Shown here piece after piece: positions 19,637 to 29,831 of a stretch of 64,000 nt of DNA. Location: the NCBI GenBank assembly GCA_002433895.1, contig DJJA01000001.1, forward strand, positions 15,438-79,437. Direction: 5' to 3'. The notes below the pieces were generated by a model that saw only the letters and a list, made by a program, of their open reading frames with translations, was not told the DNA's origin and did no database searches. This DNA comes from Candidatus Gottesmanbacteria bacterium UBA6580 (GTDB taxonomy: Bacteria > Patescibacteriota > Microgenomatia > UBA10105 > UBA927). The translations under genes were made by a program, and so were the position numbers. Each line of letters begins with the position of its first letter. Position 1 is the first letter of the stretch.

Positions 19637-20730
19637 AAGTTGCCATCATTTACGATGCGATAACTGAATTCGGGGGCGCTGAACGCGTGCTCCGCTCGTT
19701 ACTTCATATATATCCTGACGCGGATATTTTTACCACTGTCGCTGACCAAACGATCATCAATAGATTTTTTCCCCGCTTACACCCCAAAAAACTCCATACC
19801 CTCCCCCCTTGGGTACAAGGACTCGCCACCCACACCTCGCTTGCCCAACTACTTTCACCGGTTATTTGGAAGTCATTTAATCTGAACGGTTTTGACGTGG
19901 TTATTTCGAAACCCGCGCATCTTATGTCAAACTTGGTAATAACAAGATGCACGCATATCCAGTATATCCATACCCCTCCCCGGAATATTTTTGGCATCGT
20001 CCCCCCTACCCCTTTGCAACGCGCGACGCGCTATGACCAGCTTATTATCCCCCGTTACCGACGCGCCATCGCGTCAACACCTTTTCTTCTTACCAATTCG
20101 TACCATATGCAACGGAGGATATCGACGCTTCTCGGCGTCACCCCACAAGTTATTTATCCTCCAGTCCGTATTCCGACCCGGGTACAACAACGCGGACAAG
20201 GCCGCTATTACCTCACGGTCGGAAGACTGGAAAAAGAAAAACATATCGAACTTGCCATTATGGCATGCAACATGCTCAAGCTCCCTCTTATGGTGGTAGG
20301 CAAAACAAACGAACCGAGATACGAGCAGTATCTGCATAGCGTTGCAGGACCAACTATCACGTTTTTAGGATTCCGTTCAGATCAGGAAATACACGCGCTC
20401 TATAAACATGCTATCGCATTCCTTTTTACCGCCCGTGACGAGGACTTTGGTATTGCGCCGGTAGAGGCAATAGCCCACAGCGTTCCGGTTATCGCCTACT
20501 ATGGTGGCGGCACCAAAGAAACAGTGAAGGAGGGTGTTACAGGGCATTTCTTCTTCGTCCATACCGCGGCCGCACTGGCAGCTACCCTCAAAAAATTCAA
20601 CCCATCACTATTCCGTCCGGCTGCCCTTCATGCACACGCGAAAAAATTCAGTGAGACAATTTTCAGAAAGCAATTCACGGCGTATATTCATACATCACGG
20701 AGCGAATCAGAAGCTATTGGGAAGAAGTAA
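19633..20730 (+). CDS. Glycosyltransferase family 4 (GT-B)
   Basis: MKVAIIYD...GGAERV, VIYPPV, GRLEKEK, EDFGIAPVEA. ATGA overlap at 19633. Confidence 0.92.
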   Translation: MKVAIIYDAITEFGGAERVLRSLLHIYPDADIFTTVADQTIINRFFPRLHPKKLHTLPPWVQGLATHTSLAQLLSPVIWKSFNLNGFDVVISKPAHLMSNLVITRCTHIQYIHTPPRNIFGIVPPTPLQRATRYDQLIIPRYRRAIASTPFLLTNSYHMQRRISTLLGVTPQVIYPPVRIPTRVQQRGQGRYYLTVGRLEKEKHIELAIMACNMLKLPLMVVGKTNEPRYEQYLHSVAGPTITFLGFRSDQEIHALYKHAIAFLFTARDEDFGIAPVEAIAHSVPVIAYYGGGTKETVKEGVTGHFFFVHTAAALAATLKKFNPSLFRPAALHAHAKKFSETIFRKQFTAYIHTSRSESEAIGKK

Positions 20731-21583
20731 TAATCTCGGTAATTCTCGGCTCTATATCAATGCGCGAAAGAAATAACGGTACCGGCGCGTTTATCTTTAT
20801 CGGCGACGAATCGAGATAATACAATCCGTCACCGACTTTTCGTGTTGCCAAACGGATAGTAAGGAACACGTCGTATTTCCGTGGATGTGGTTTATTAAAC
20901 ACATTACCATACATATCCCAACTTGTCCGCAGCGCAGGTGTTACCGTTTTTTCCAGCACTTCAGCGAGTACCTCACCATTCGAATCTTTGACCGTATCCC
21001 CCACAACAATCGCGTCTGCGATTGCTTTATCGACCCCGGTTGTTTCTGTAAACGGCTCATGAAGCAACGGGCCATCGGACTTTACCTGAGCCTTCACGGT
21101 AACCCATACCGGCTTTTCTTTCTCTCCCGCGGGTACACGCACAATTATGCCATTAATGATCACAGACTGAATACTAAGACGGACCCATTCACCCACCTGC
21201 AGTGTGGTCCCCTGGTACCGGTATTGGTCACTTTTGTCATTATAGGAAGCCCGGAGCCGCAATGTGACATACACCGTCTTCTTGGTAGTAAACGGCGTGC
21301 CCGACCTGGGCTGTTCAAAAGAAGTCACATCAGTGACTTCGGCAATCACCCTACCCAATCCGTCCTTTCCCTGCACTCCAACCCGTATCGCTTCCGCAGA
21401 AGTTCCTTTCGGAGATCCGTTGTCCTGCCAAATGAGATCTTTTTCAGCAATACGCACAGTTACCAATACATCTGCTGATTTGGGAGATATAAATATATAT
21501 ATTAACGCTGCGATGATAAGCAGCGTCGTGATACCTGCATATTCTAAAAATCCGGCCCGGTTGATGAGTTTTTTGATATTCAT
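20714..21583 (-). CDS. Membrane-anchored protein with two DUF4330-like beta domains
   Basis: N-terminal TM followed by two repeats of the pattern AIxVG...D..G.V.AEV...V[YF][VL]T[LI]RL. Confidence 0.6.
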   Translation of the reverse strand: MNIKKLINRAGFLEYAGITTLLIIAALIYIFISPKSADVLVTVRIAEKDLIWQDNGSPKGTSAEAIRVGVQGKDGLGRVIAEVTDVTSFEQPRSGTPFTTKKTVYVTLRLRASYNDKSDQYRYQGTTLQVGEWVRLSIQSVIINGIIVRVPAGEKEKPVWVTVKAQVKSDGPLLHEPFTETTGVDKAIADAIVVGDTVKDSNGEVLAEVLEKTVTPALRTSWDMYGNVFNKPHPRKYDVFLTIRLATRKVGDGLYYLDSSPIKINAPVPLFLSRIDIEPRITEIITSSQ

Positions 21584-23040
21584 ATTTTGTGCGGTAAGTA
21601 TAACATAGTCAACGCAGTAAAAAGGGGCAGGTCAGGAAGTATCGGTTGCAAAAAACCATTTACCCCGACCGCCACAAACATACCAATAAACGAGACGGTG
21701 AGCAAACGGTTCGGTTCGGTGTTTGCTTGCTTCATACTTTTCCACGCCAAACCAAACAATAGTCCGTAGACCGCAAAATAAGGAACTGCTCCCACCACCC
21801 CTGATTGCATCATGAGCCGCAAAAAACCATTATGTACCGGTTCCGGAAAATACAGCACCACTGCGCGGTTTGGCGCGTCTATATCCCAATCTCCATAAAT
21901 AAGTGATTGCTGATACTGATGATACACATCCATCTCAAGCCCGACACCGAAATATGGATACATACGAAATGAGCGCCAATACTCCTCGATGAGCATAGCA
22001 CGGGTTTCCCAACTCCCGTATAACCCTCCTGTTGATAGTGTGCTTACAAGCCGGGGCATCATCAGCATGAAAAGCGCTACCAATGCCATTGAGACAATTA
22101 CCCGCTCCAACACTGAAAGCTTTACCCGCAATACAAACACATACCCCCACATACGCTTTGCGAGGTAATAACAAAAAATGAGGGCGACACCCAAAGACAA
22201 CCAGGACGACCTGCTCATCGTCAATACAAGAGTTAACAGCCCCAAAAAGAGACACGCAGCAAACCACTTTCCTTTTTTCTCAAACGGATAAAACAGAACC
22301 GGCAATACCATACACACCGGCACAAGCAGTGCATGTGCCAACGCGTTTGCATGCATATAGGTTCCGCCATACCGGAGCAGTCTTCCTGCCTCCAGGGATA
22401 AATCGACCGATACATAGTTAGCGATAGGTTCTATTACCAGTCCGAGCGAGCCGCCGCGCAACATCTGAGCCGCAACAATAAATGTTTCAAAAAAAAGCCA
22501 ACCCGCTACCACCGATATTGCCGTTGCCAAAGAAATTGACCCTGGTGAAGCAAAAAAATAATAAATAATCATTGGCCGGAGTGCAATCAGTGCGTGGAAA
22601 AACGAAATTTCCGGCCGCACCGATCCGAATATTGTCGCGATAATTGATCCTGCTGCGTACAAAAATAACGCTGCTTCAAGCGCTGGAAGCTTCCGGTACA
22701 CCAGTGTCCCCCGGACACGCTCGGCAATAAGCACAATTCCCATGCACCCCACAATAATATCGGAAACGGTAATCATGATGTCTGCTGCTATGCCAAAATC
22801 ACGGCCGGCGATAGCTAATTCCTGTGCCGACACTAAGTCAATGGCAAACAATTTACCGACGATAATCGGCGTCATCGTAAGATAGATAACCATCATTGCC
22901 TGCTTAAAATCACGCACTATCTTCCATAGCACAAAAAAATATACGAGGCACAAAAAAAACATCACGATTTTATGAGGGGCAAACAGCAAAGAACCATAAA
23001 AAAGGAGTGTCGTCATCAAAAAGCGGAGCGATAATTTCAT
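21580..23040 (-). CDS. O-antigen ligase/polymerase (Wzy_C) family protein
   Basis: Multi-TM; GTYMHANALA, LTMSRSSW, R...PYFGVG, PVHNGFLRLMMQSG. Confidence 0.85.
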   Translation of the reverse strand: MKLSLRFLMTTLLFYGSLLFAPHKIVMFFLCLVYFFVLWKIVRDFKQAMMVIYLTMTPIIVGKLFAIDLVSAQELAIAGRDFGIAADIMITVSDIIVGCMGIVLIAERVRGTLVYRKLPALEAALFLYAAGSIIATIFGSVRPEISFFHALIALRPMIIYYFFASPGSISLATAISVVAGWLFFETFIVAAQMLRGGSLGLVIEPIANYVSVDLSLEAGRLLRYGGTYMHANALAHALLVPVCMVLPVLFYPFEKKGKWFAACLFLGLLTLVLTMSRSSWLSLGVALIFCYYLAKRMWGYVFVLRVKLSVLERVIVSMALVALFMLMMPRLVSTLSTGGLYGSWETRAMLIEEYWRSFRMYPYFGVGLEMDVYHQYQQSLIYGDWDIDAPNRAVVLYFPEPVHNGFLRLMMQSGVVGAVPYFAVYGLLFGLAWKSMKQANTEPNRLLTVSFIGMFVAVGVNGFLQPILPDLPLFTALTMLYLPHKI

Positions 23041-23063
23041 TGGGTTGATTCTACCACATCAAT

Positions 23064-23089
23064 ATTTTCCCAAAGAAATTTGGGGAAAT
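23064..23089. terminator. Possible hairpin/terminator between two minus-strand genes
   Basis: ATTTTCCCAAA-GAAA-TTTGGGGAAAT inverted repeat just downstream of the stop at 23096. Confidence 0.35.
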
Positions 23090-23095
23090 CCCGTA

Positions 23096-23665
23096 TCAAG
23101 GGATCAATGTATCCGCCAATACAGACAAAGGACTACTTATAAACGTACGATACCACTGGTGAAATAATCGGTCAGGATATAAAAACCAAAAACGCTTTTG
23201 GTAGATAGCGCCACTCGGTGTTTTCACCGGCGTATCAATTATTTCATCAAATACCAAATTCCCGTCATCAACAAACACCCGTATTACAAACTCCCTCACG
23301 CCGTCGGGATATACTGTCTCTCTTGTGAGAGGAATAACAATATCGCGGTAGTAACCTGCCCATAAACGAGTGGAAAGTCCAACAACCTGTGAACCTGTTG
23401 TGGTATTGGCGTAAAGCACAATAAACCCATCTTTTTCTAATCGCGCTGAGTGTATCTTTATGGCAGTACTCATGGGTTGATTTTTAACCACAACGCGGGT
23501 ATATGGGGCAATCCATAATACGGCAGCAAGCACCCCGCCGCCTATTATCCCCACCAGCGCTGCAATACCTATGTCGATTATCACTGCTGAAAAATGCCTT
23601 TGAGAATTCCTCGACTGCTCAACAGGTGCTAACAGCACATTTGCATGTTGCGGGGCAGAGTCCAT
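23096..23665 (-). CDS. Hypothetical membrane-anchored protein
   Basis: One TM followed by a beta-rich domain (ARLEKDGFIVLY...DDGNLVFD). TACAAT -10 box lies 8 nt before the ATG. Confidence 0.7.
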   Translation of the reverse strand: MDSAPQHANVLLAPVEQSRNSQRHFSAVIIDIGIAALVGIIGGGVLAAVLWIAPYTRVVVKNQPMSTAIKIHSARLEKDGFIVLYANTTTGSQVVGLSTRLWAGYYRDIVIPLTRETVYPDGVREFVIRVFVDDGNLVFDEIIDTPVKTPSGAIYQKRFWFLYPDRLFHQWYRTFISSPLSVLADTLIP

Positions 23666-23705
23666 ACAATACTATTGTACCGTAGAGTTACAAAGCATAA
23701 CAATC

Positions 23706-24506
23706 ATGCAAGCGCCACTCAACCCACCACCACCACCGGCTACACTCACGTCTCCCGTCTCTACAGCCACCCCTGCAAATATCCCAAAAATATCCCATCC
23801 AAACAACCTGAGCCGCTTAGCGGGAGTATATATATTCGGCAGTATTATTGCGTGGCTGAGCGCGCATATATGGCTAATGGTGTTCACGGAACTCCCATAT
23901 CTTATGCGCATACAACCGGAACGGATAATCCACCAGCAAGCGGCATACTCTCCACAAACTTTTTTTCTCCGGATACTGGATAATCATCCCGATCTCACAA
24001 AAAAAAGCACAGAAGTACTCTGGTTTGACGGTGCTGACACCTTGCGCTCGCTACCCCTACAAAAGCCCATGCCATGGATAAGCACGTTAGTCATCGAAGA
24101 TTCACCGCTTGAATCACTCCCGTCGAACCTAAACCTGTTTACCGACGTACAACATATCACTATCAGAAACACAAGGATTAGGAATTTGCCGACACAGATT
24201 GGCGATATATCATCGATCGAAACGCTTTATCTTGAAGGCAACCGCATTTCCCACCTGCCGGAATCAATCGGCAACCTCATTAACCTCACCGCGCTCAATT
24301 TGGCATATAACAATCTCGAAGATATACCTGCCGGCATACAATACTTAATCAACCTCACCGAACTTAACCTTACCGGTAACCGCCTACGGGAGTTTCCCCG
24401 CGTGCTACCTCCGAATCTAAAGGTTTTATATATCGGAGGAAATCGTATACCGGTGAGCGAACTTCATAAAGCAAGACTCCCTGACGGCGAAGATATTTTT
24501 TATTAA
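23706..24506 (+). CDS. Membrane-anchored leucine-rich repeat protein
   Basis: TM segment followed by ~6 LRRs of ~23 aa (LxxLxLxxNxLxxLPxxIGxL). Confidence 0.85.
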   Translation: MQAPLNPPPPPATLTSPVSTATPANIPKISHPNNLSRLAGVYIFGSIIAWLSAHIWLMVFTELPYLMRIQPERIIHQQAAYSPQTFFLRILDNHPDLTKKSTEVLWFDGADTLRSLPLQKPMPWISTLVIEDSPLESLPSNLNLFTDVQHITIRNTRIRNLPTQIGDISSIETLYLEGNRISHLPESIGNLINLTALNLAYNNLEDIPAGIQYLINLTELNLTGNRLREFPRVLPPNLKVLYIGGNRIPVSELHKARLPDGEDIFY

Positions 24507-24564
24507 ACCCAATCTCCGGCGCTTTACGCAGGCACGTTTCTCGCTTAGAATAAGGTGCGACACT

Positions 24565-25737
24565 ATGGGAGCACCTCTCACTTCATCCTGCATATTTATC
24601 CCATTTCATAATCCGTGGTGCTGGCACACGGACTACGCCAATCAAACCGCGCGGATACTATCCAAAAATCACACGGTGCTATGTTTTCTTTGGGGCGACG
24701 CGGTTTCAATTAAAGAAGTAGTAACCCGCGCGAAAGCGTATTATCCACTCACGAAACACGGTAACCTGTGGAAAATGCAGCCACTGTACCTCATCCCGGG
24801 TAAACGAATACTTTGGGTACAATATATAAGTTTTTTTCTGAATGCTATTGCCGCATATATTATTTGTTCAATAATTTCTATTTATCAAAAAAGAACAATC
24901 ATTTTTTGGTTTTTTGGGTACTTTGATCCGGTATTTCTCCTGCTCCCCCCAATGTTTCGATTTCATACAACCGTCTATGATTGTGTAGACATCGCTACCC
25001 ACCCGCACCCATCCCTTGCCCGCCGGCTGAAAGAGGCTGAACAATCATTGATATCCCACGCTTCACTGGTGGTCGCAAATTCGCATACACTCGTCCGACG
25101 GCTCAAACACATACGCCCTGATGTACATCTGGTGCCGTTGGGGTTCAGAATTGGCATGTTTACCCACCCCACCCTGCACCCCCTCCCACTTACCAAAAAA
25201 CGCCCGGTTATCGGATTTATCGGATCTATCGATTACCGCGTAAACTTCCGATTGCTACTGGATCTTTCGACACGTCACCCTTCATGGCAATTCGCGCTCG
25301 TGGGTCCGATATTTTATGATCATCTTACCCACGACGCGCAAACACTTATGAAACGTCTCCTTGAGCGCCCCAACGTCTTGCATACAGAAGTTCTTCCGCA
25401 GCATATCCCCGCGGTACTCTGCCAATTTTCAGTGGCGATTATTCCATATGACACCAGAGTTCCACTCAGTCGCTACGCGTATCCCATGAAAATTATGGAG
25501 TATTTTTACGCACAAAAACCGGTCATCGCCACCCCCATCTATGAACTCATGAAATTTATCCCTCTCATCCGTACGGCGAAAAGTACAAATGATTGGACAC
25601 GCGCCATACAGCAAACATTGCGCCACCCGGTTACGTCATCTGCCTCCAGGCAAATGAAAAACATCGCCCGGAAAAACACCTGGGAAAAGAAGCTAGCCGC
25701 GATACAGACAGAACTCGCCCGCCTTGGTATTCTATAA
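24565..25737 (+). CDS. GT-B glycosyltransferase (TuaH-like)
   Basis: TVYDCVD, VIGFIGSID, LVGP, AIIPY...YPMKIMEYFYAQKPVI. Confidence 0.85.
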   Translation: MGAPLTSSCIFIPFHNPWCWHTDYANQTARILSKNHTVLCFLWGDAVSIKEVVTRAKAYYPLTKHGNLWKMQPLYLIPGKRILWVQYISFFLNAIAAYIICSIISIYQKRTIIFWFFGYFDPVFLLLPPMFRFHTTVYDCVDIATHPHPSLARRLKEAEQSLISHASLVVANSHTLVRRLKHIRPDVHLVPLGFRIGMFTHPTLHPLPLTKKRPVIGFIGSIDYRVNFRLLLDLSTRHPSWQFALVGPIFYDHLTHDAQTLMKRLLERPNVLHTEVLPQHIPAVLCQFSVAIIPYDTRVPLSRYAYPMKIMEYFYAQKPVIATPIYELMKFIPLIRTAKSTNDWTRAIQQTLRHPVTSSASRQMKNIARKNTWEKKLAAIQTELARLGIL

Positions 25738-25772
25738 ACGAATCAGTAACGGGTACGTCGCCATAGCTCAAC

Positions 25773-27329
25773 ATGAAGACTCTCCAAAAAATACGCTTTC
25801 CAAGCGACTTGCTCCTTCTGGGTACTCCCATACTCATCGCTATCATCACGCGGCTCTATCGGATAACGGAAACCATCCGCTTTCGGGGTGATCAAGGAAT
25901 GGACCTTATGGTTATTTGGCACATGGAACACATGGGGCACTGGCCGCTCGTGGGGCCCTTTTTGAGTCTGAGAGACTTCTACACACCACCGACATATTAC
26001 TACGTTACGTGGCTACTCTATCACATTACCCAGTCAGTAAACGGCATTGTGATCGGGTATTTTTTTATGAATATCATCTCACTCATTCTTCTTATGAAGC
26101 TCGCTTGGCACATGGGTGGAAAACAGTTGGCATGTATTGTAGGAGGACTCTTTGCCATATCAATCAACATGATTGACCACGGCAGACAATTTTGGCAACC
26201 ATTTCCCATGCAGCTGTTCATCATCATAAGCCTCCTCTTCCTTTGGCGCGCGTATGAACGCAAGAGCCTCTCATCGTTATGGCTTTTCGCGCTCAATTAT
26301 ATGATTGCTCTTTCGGTATATCCTTCTCCCATACTACTGTTGCCTTACACGGGATATCAGATCGTACGGTGGTATAAAAATGTTGGGAAGCTTCCTATAT
26401 GGCAATCGTTGCTGTTTTCTGGCGTCATGATGACGATTACTTCTGTGATAGTCTACATACCCCAAATCATTTTTGAAATTAGCCGGGGGTGGCCGTCCCT
26501 CACGCTTACGGGGTTAGTTACCGCGCGCTTCAATCTCCACACAATTATTACACTCATAAGCGAAAATATTTTTTATCTCTTTTCTTTCCACCTAGCCACC
26601 AATATTTTCTTTCCGAAAGAAGGATTTTATATCACAGCATTTGTCATAATATTATTTACCGCTATGGCAAAGTGGGGCAAACTCCCGCGAGCCGTCCGCG
26701 CATTTCTTGCCCCAGAAATACTCGCCGCAGGACTCGTATTTTTATTGCTCTATCAGCAAGATGTGCACAATCATCGCATGTGGGCATACCTCCCTTTTAT
26801 CTTTCTTATAACAGGCACAAGCATTCATCAGGCGCTTAACGCAAAAGGGATACACAAAGCACTTGCCATCACCATCCTTCTCATCTATAGCATATTAAAT
26901 CTTAGTGGGTTTTCCCTATACGCTTCCAGACACTTCGTTGATGAGACACGCGAAGCTATCTCAATTGCCCAATATATCAAACAGTCCATGAGTTCACGCG
27001 GACTTACCCAGTCCAATACCGGTTTTATTTATAAAATACCGCTAGATCCCGACAACACCTCCTACTCAATATACCGGATACTCTATTGGTTAATTGAGGA
27101 TCGCACACTCTCTATATCACTTAAGCCCGAAGGAAACGAACCTGCCTTTGAGTACAAGTTTCCAATTTATAAAAACTATATGTACATTATCTGTCAGCGC
27201 TTTGCGAGTGTCCAGGACGCTGAAGCTCACTGTATTGCACCCATAATTGGCTCCGAGCCCTACACGACGCGGGAAACGAAAAAAATCGGGAGAGCATATG
27301 TTTTCACTCTACACAATCAAACCTTTTAA
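25773..27329 (+). CDS. ArnT/PMT-like GT-C integral membrane glycosyltransferase
   Basis: TRLYRI...F.GDQGMD...PLVGP...PTYYY followed by multiple TMs. Confidence 0.75.
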   Translation: MKTLQKIRFPSDLLLLGTPILIAIITRLYRITETIRFRGDQGMDLMVIWHMEHMGHWPLVGPFLSLRDFYTPPTYYYVTWLLYHITQSVNGIVIGYFFMNIISLILLMKLAWHMGGKQLACIVGGLFAISINMIDHGRQFWQPFPMQLFIIISLLFLWRAYERKSLSSLWLFALNYMIALSVYPSPILLLPYTGYQIVRWYKNVGKLPIWQSLLFSGVMMTITSVIVYIPQIIFEISRGWPSLTLTGLVTARFNLHTIITLISENIFYLFSFHLATNIFFPKEGFYITAFVIILFTAMAKWGKLPRAVRAFLAPEILAAGLVFLLLYQQDVHNHRMWAYLPFIFLITGTSIHQALNAKGIHKALAITILLIYSILNLSGFSLYASRHFVDETREAISIAQYIKQSMSSRGLTQSNTGFIYKIPLDPDNTSYSIYRILYWLIEDRTLSISLKPEGNEPAFEYKFPIYKNYMYIICQRFASVQDAEAHCIAPIIGSEPYTTRETKKIGRAYVFTLHNQTF

Positions 27330-27340
27330 TGATCTCTCCC

Positions 27341-28063
27341 TTAAACACAAATCGTTTTACTTCGCATACCGGAACATAGGTTGATGGCAGTATGAAGGTA
27401 ACTTACTGCCATCCTCAATAATTGCGATTTGCTTTGTCCATATTGCCGGTTTTTATAACGCACCGGCACTTCCCGGATACGTAATCCGGATATTTTAGCA
27501 GCATATACCAGACGTAAATGATAATCTCCATAGCCTACATATATACGGCCGGGCTTCATACGGCGCAATACCTGTGCACGGATTGCGTAATACCCGCTGG
27601 TATTGTCCCATATCGGAAATGACAGCGCGTACCGTAAAACGGCGTTAAATATCCAACTTAGGATATAACGCGTGCGATCATGCATGCCGCCACCATGAAT
27701 AAACCGTGACCCTACAACAAGATCTGCCGTAGATAACGCACGGAGCAGTGAAGGAATATGTTCGGGATCGTGGTTTCCGTCGGCATCCATGCCGATAATA
27801 ATATCGCCTCGCGCACGCGCCACCCCTGCCCCTATGGCCGTGGCCAGACCCCGCACTTTTTTCCGCACAACAACCCGTATACTCGTGCCAAAGCGTTTTC
27901 GGACCGCATCTGCGGTGTGATCCGGACTATCATCGTCAACAACAATTATTTCGGCAGTGTAAGCTGATATACGCCTGATTGCGGCACGGATCTTCGGGAT
28001 AAGCACCATAAGATTTTCGCGTTCGTTATACGAAGGCAAAATGACGGAAACACACGCTGTTAT
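27341..28063 (-). CDS. Polyprenol-phosphate sugar (DPM1-like) synthase, GT2; probable ATA start
   Basis: VSVILPSYNERENL, VVDDDSPDHT, MDADGNH, VVGSRF, DNTSG, EVPVRY.NR.YG.SK. The first strand lies upstream of the TTG at 28039. Confidence 0.85.
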   Translation of the reverse strand: MTACVSVILPSYNERENLMVLIPKIRAAIRRISAYTAEIIVVDDDSPDHTADAVRKRFGTSIRVVVRKKVRGLATAIGAGVARARGDIIIGMDADGNHDPEHIPSLLRALSTADLVVGSRFIHGGGMHDRTRYILSWIFNAVLRYALSFPIWDNTSGYYAIRAQVLRRMKPGRIYVGYGDYHLRLVYAAKISGLRIREVPVRYKNRQYGQSKSQLLRMAVSYLHTAINLCSGMRSKTICV

Positions 28064-28800
28064 ACTCCCCCTTTCTTCCGGGCAAGAATAAAGAGTGATG
28101 TGCCCCAGGGGTATGAAACAAACGGCAAACCCAACGCTTCCAATCGGTTAATAAACACGCCCGCGCGGTTTACTGCAGCAGACGCAGGCACCACATCAGA
28201 GCCCCGCTCTCTGCCTGGCAATACTCTATCAATGAGCCGTTTAACGGCAACCCACGGAAACAAAAGAAAAAACATATAGGTTTTGGTATGAATAGAAAAC
28301 CCCGCCGCCCGCACCTTGCGGAGAAGCGCGGGTAACATATACCGTTCTCTGCCAAAAACAGCGCGGTCATGGGGTCCCGCAAGCCACGGAAATGCGCAAT
28401 CCGTAATCACCAGCCACCCCCCGGGACGGAGCACCCGGTATGCCTCACATAACGCGCTCCTGTCGTGGATACCCTGGTGATAAAGCACATCAAAAAAACA
28501 CACTGCGTCAACACTTCGGGCAGTAAGGCCGGTACGTTCCGCTGTCCCATTCCGAAGGATTACCCCCCGTTTTTCTGCAAGTTTACGCGCCGTCTTATGG
28601 GGCTCGATACCTATGACTTTTCCATACTGGGAAAGAACATGCGCCATCCCGCCGGTACCCGCTCCAATATCGGCGATAACGCGTGGAGGCTGCCGACGCC
28701 ATACAGCACTGAGGAACACGTTTACAAATAGCCGCCGTGATACAAACCACCAATGAGACGATTCCACGTCGTACATCGCCTGGTACTCATGTTCTTCCAT
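28060..28800 (-). CDS. Class I SAM-dependent methyltransferase
   Basis: MEEHEY..M...E..HWWF, IADIGAGTG, DVLYH, LRPGG. ATG at 28800. Confidence 0.88.
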   Translation of the reverse strand: MEEHEYQAMYDVESSHWWFVSRRLFVNVFLSAVWRRQPPRVIADIGAGTGGMAHVLSQYGKVIGIEPHKTARKLAEKRGVILRNGTAERTGLTARSVDAVCFFDVLYHQGIHDRSALCEAYRVLRPGGWLVITDCAFPWLAGPHDRAVFGRERYMLPALLRKVRAAGFSIHTKTYMFFLLFPWVAVKRLIDRVLPGRERGSDVVPASAAVNRAGVFINRLEALGLPFVSYPWGTSLFILARKKGGV

Positions 28801-29815
28801 GGATAATCCGCCCCAAAAAGGCACCAGCAAAAATAAAGCAATATAAAACGAGCCCGGTTACAAAACTCCGCATCATAAATACCCACCCTTTTTCATGGTA
28901 CACAAACAATAAAAATTTCGACGTCAGCAATACATGCATAAGTAGCGTACCGATAAATATACCCCCCATTATTTGCACCGGAAGCGTCAATTGTCCGAGC
29001 GTGCTTAATAAGGCGATAGCAGTGATACTTCCCAAAACAAGCACACCCACGCCGGAAAGCGTGGTGAGCGCCTCCTGAAGTGTCGTGGCAACCGGATCAA
29101 ACCGTTTCCGCCTCGCGTATAATTTTGTCCAATAATACGCACGGAGAAAATATTTTTTAGCAATCGGAAAAAATCCCTCAAATTCATGCCGCACCCGCAC
29201 TTGTGGTGCAAAAATAATCGCGTAACGGCGGGCAATCCGGTAAGTCAACTCAATATCTTCAACCAATGGCGCCGGATACGTTTGATCAAAACCTCCCAAA
29301 CGGTCAAATACCACCTTCTTTATTGCGGCAATTCGCGTAGAAAATAGAAAATAGTAACCACTTTTGTCACGCTCATTTATCCAATAACTCCAATCCCTGA
29401 GTGCTTTAAAATTCGGGAAAAAATCTTTTGACTTTTGCTCCTTCACCCATACACCGGTAAGTGCGACGACATCAGGGTCATCACCAAATACCTTTGCTAT
29501 TTCGTACAAGGTGTCCGGAAATACCTCCACGTCACCGTCCAAAAATACAACAAACTCACCCCGGGCTGCGGCCACCCCCCTATTTCGTGCGACCGCCGGA
29601 CCCTTATTTGTTTTTAACGAAACAATCCGTGTGCGCTTTTTTAGTTCTCTTGTTACCGGCACATTGCTTCCTGTTAACGGCTGTCTCGACCCATCATCCA
29701 CCACGACAATCTCATATGGCGGTGCCTTTTTACTTTTGCCAATGGTTGCCAATAACCTCGACAACTTTTCCGGCGCGTTGCAGTACGGAATAATGACTGA
29801 TAAATAGGGTTTCAT
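28787..29815 (-). CDS. Glycosyltransferase family 2 with C-terminal TM helices
   Basis: LSVIIP, VVDDGS, GPAVARNRG, FLDGD, GGFD, EDIEL. Confidence 0.9.
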   Translation of the reverse strand: MKPYLSVIIPYCNAPEKLSRLLATIGKSKKAPPYEIVVVDDGSRQPLTGSNVPVTRELKKRTRIVSLKTNKGPAVARNRGVAAARGEFVVFLDGDVEVFPDTLYEIAKVFGDDPDVVALTGVWVKEQKSKDFFPNFKALRDWSYWINERDKSGYYFLFSTRIAAIKKVVFDRLGGFDQTYPAPLVEDIELTYRIARRYAIIFAPQVRVRHEFEGFFPIAKKYFLRAYYWTKLYARRKRFDPVATTLQEALTTLSGVGVLVLGSITAIALLSTLGQLTLPVQIMGGIFIGTLLMHVLLTSKFLLFVYHEKGWVFMMRSFVTGLVLYCFIFAGAFLGRIIHGRT

Positions 29816-29831
29816 GACAAATCCCTCGGAC

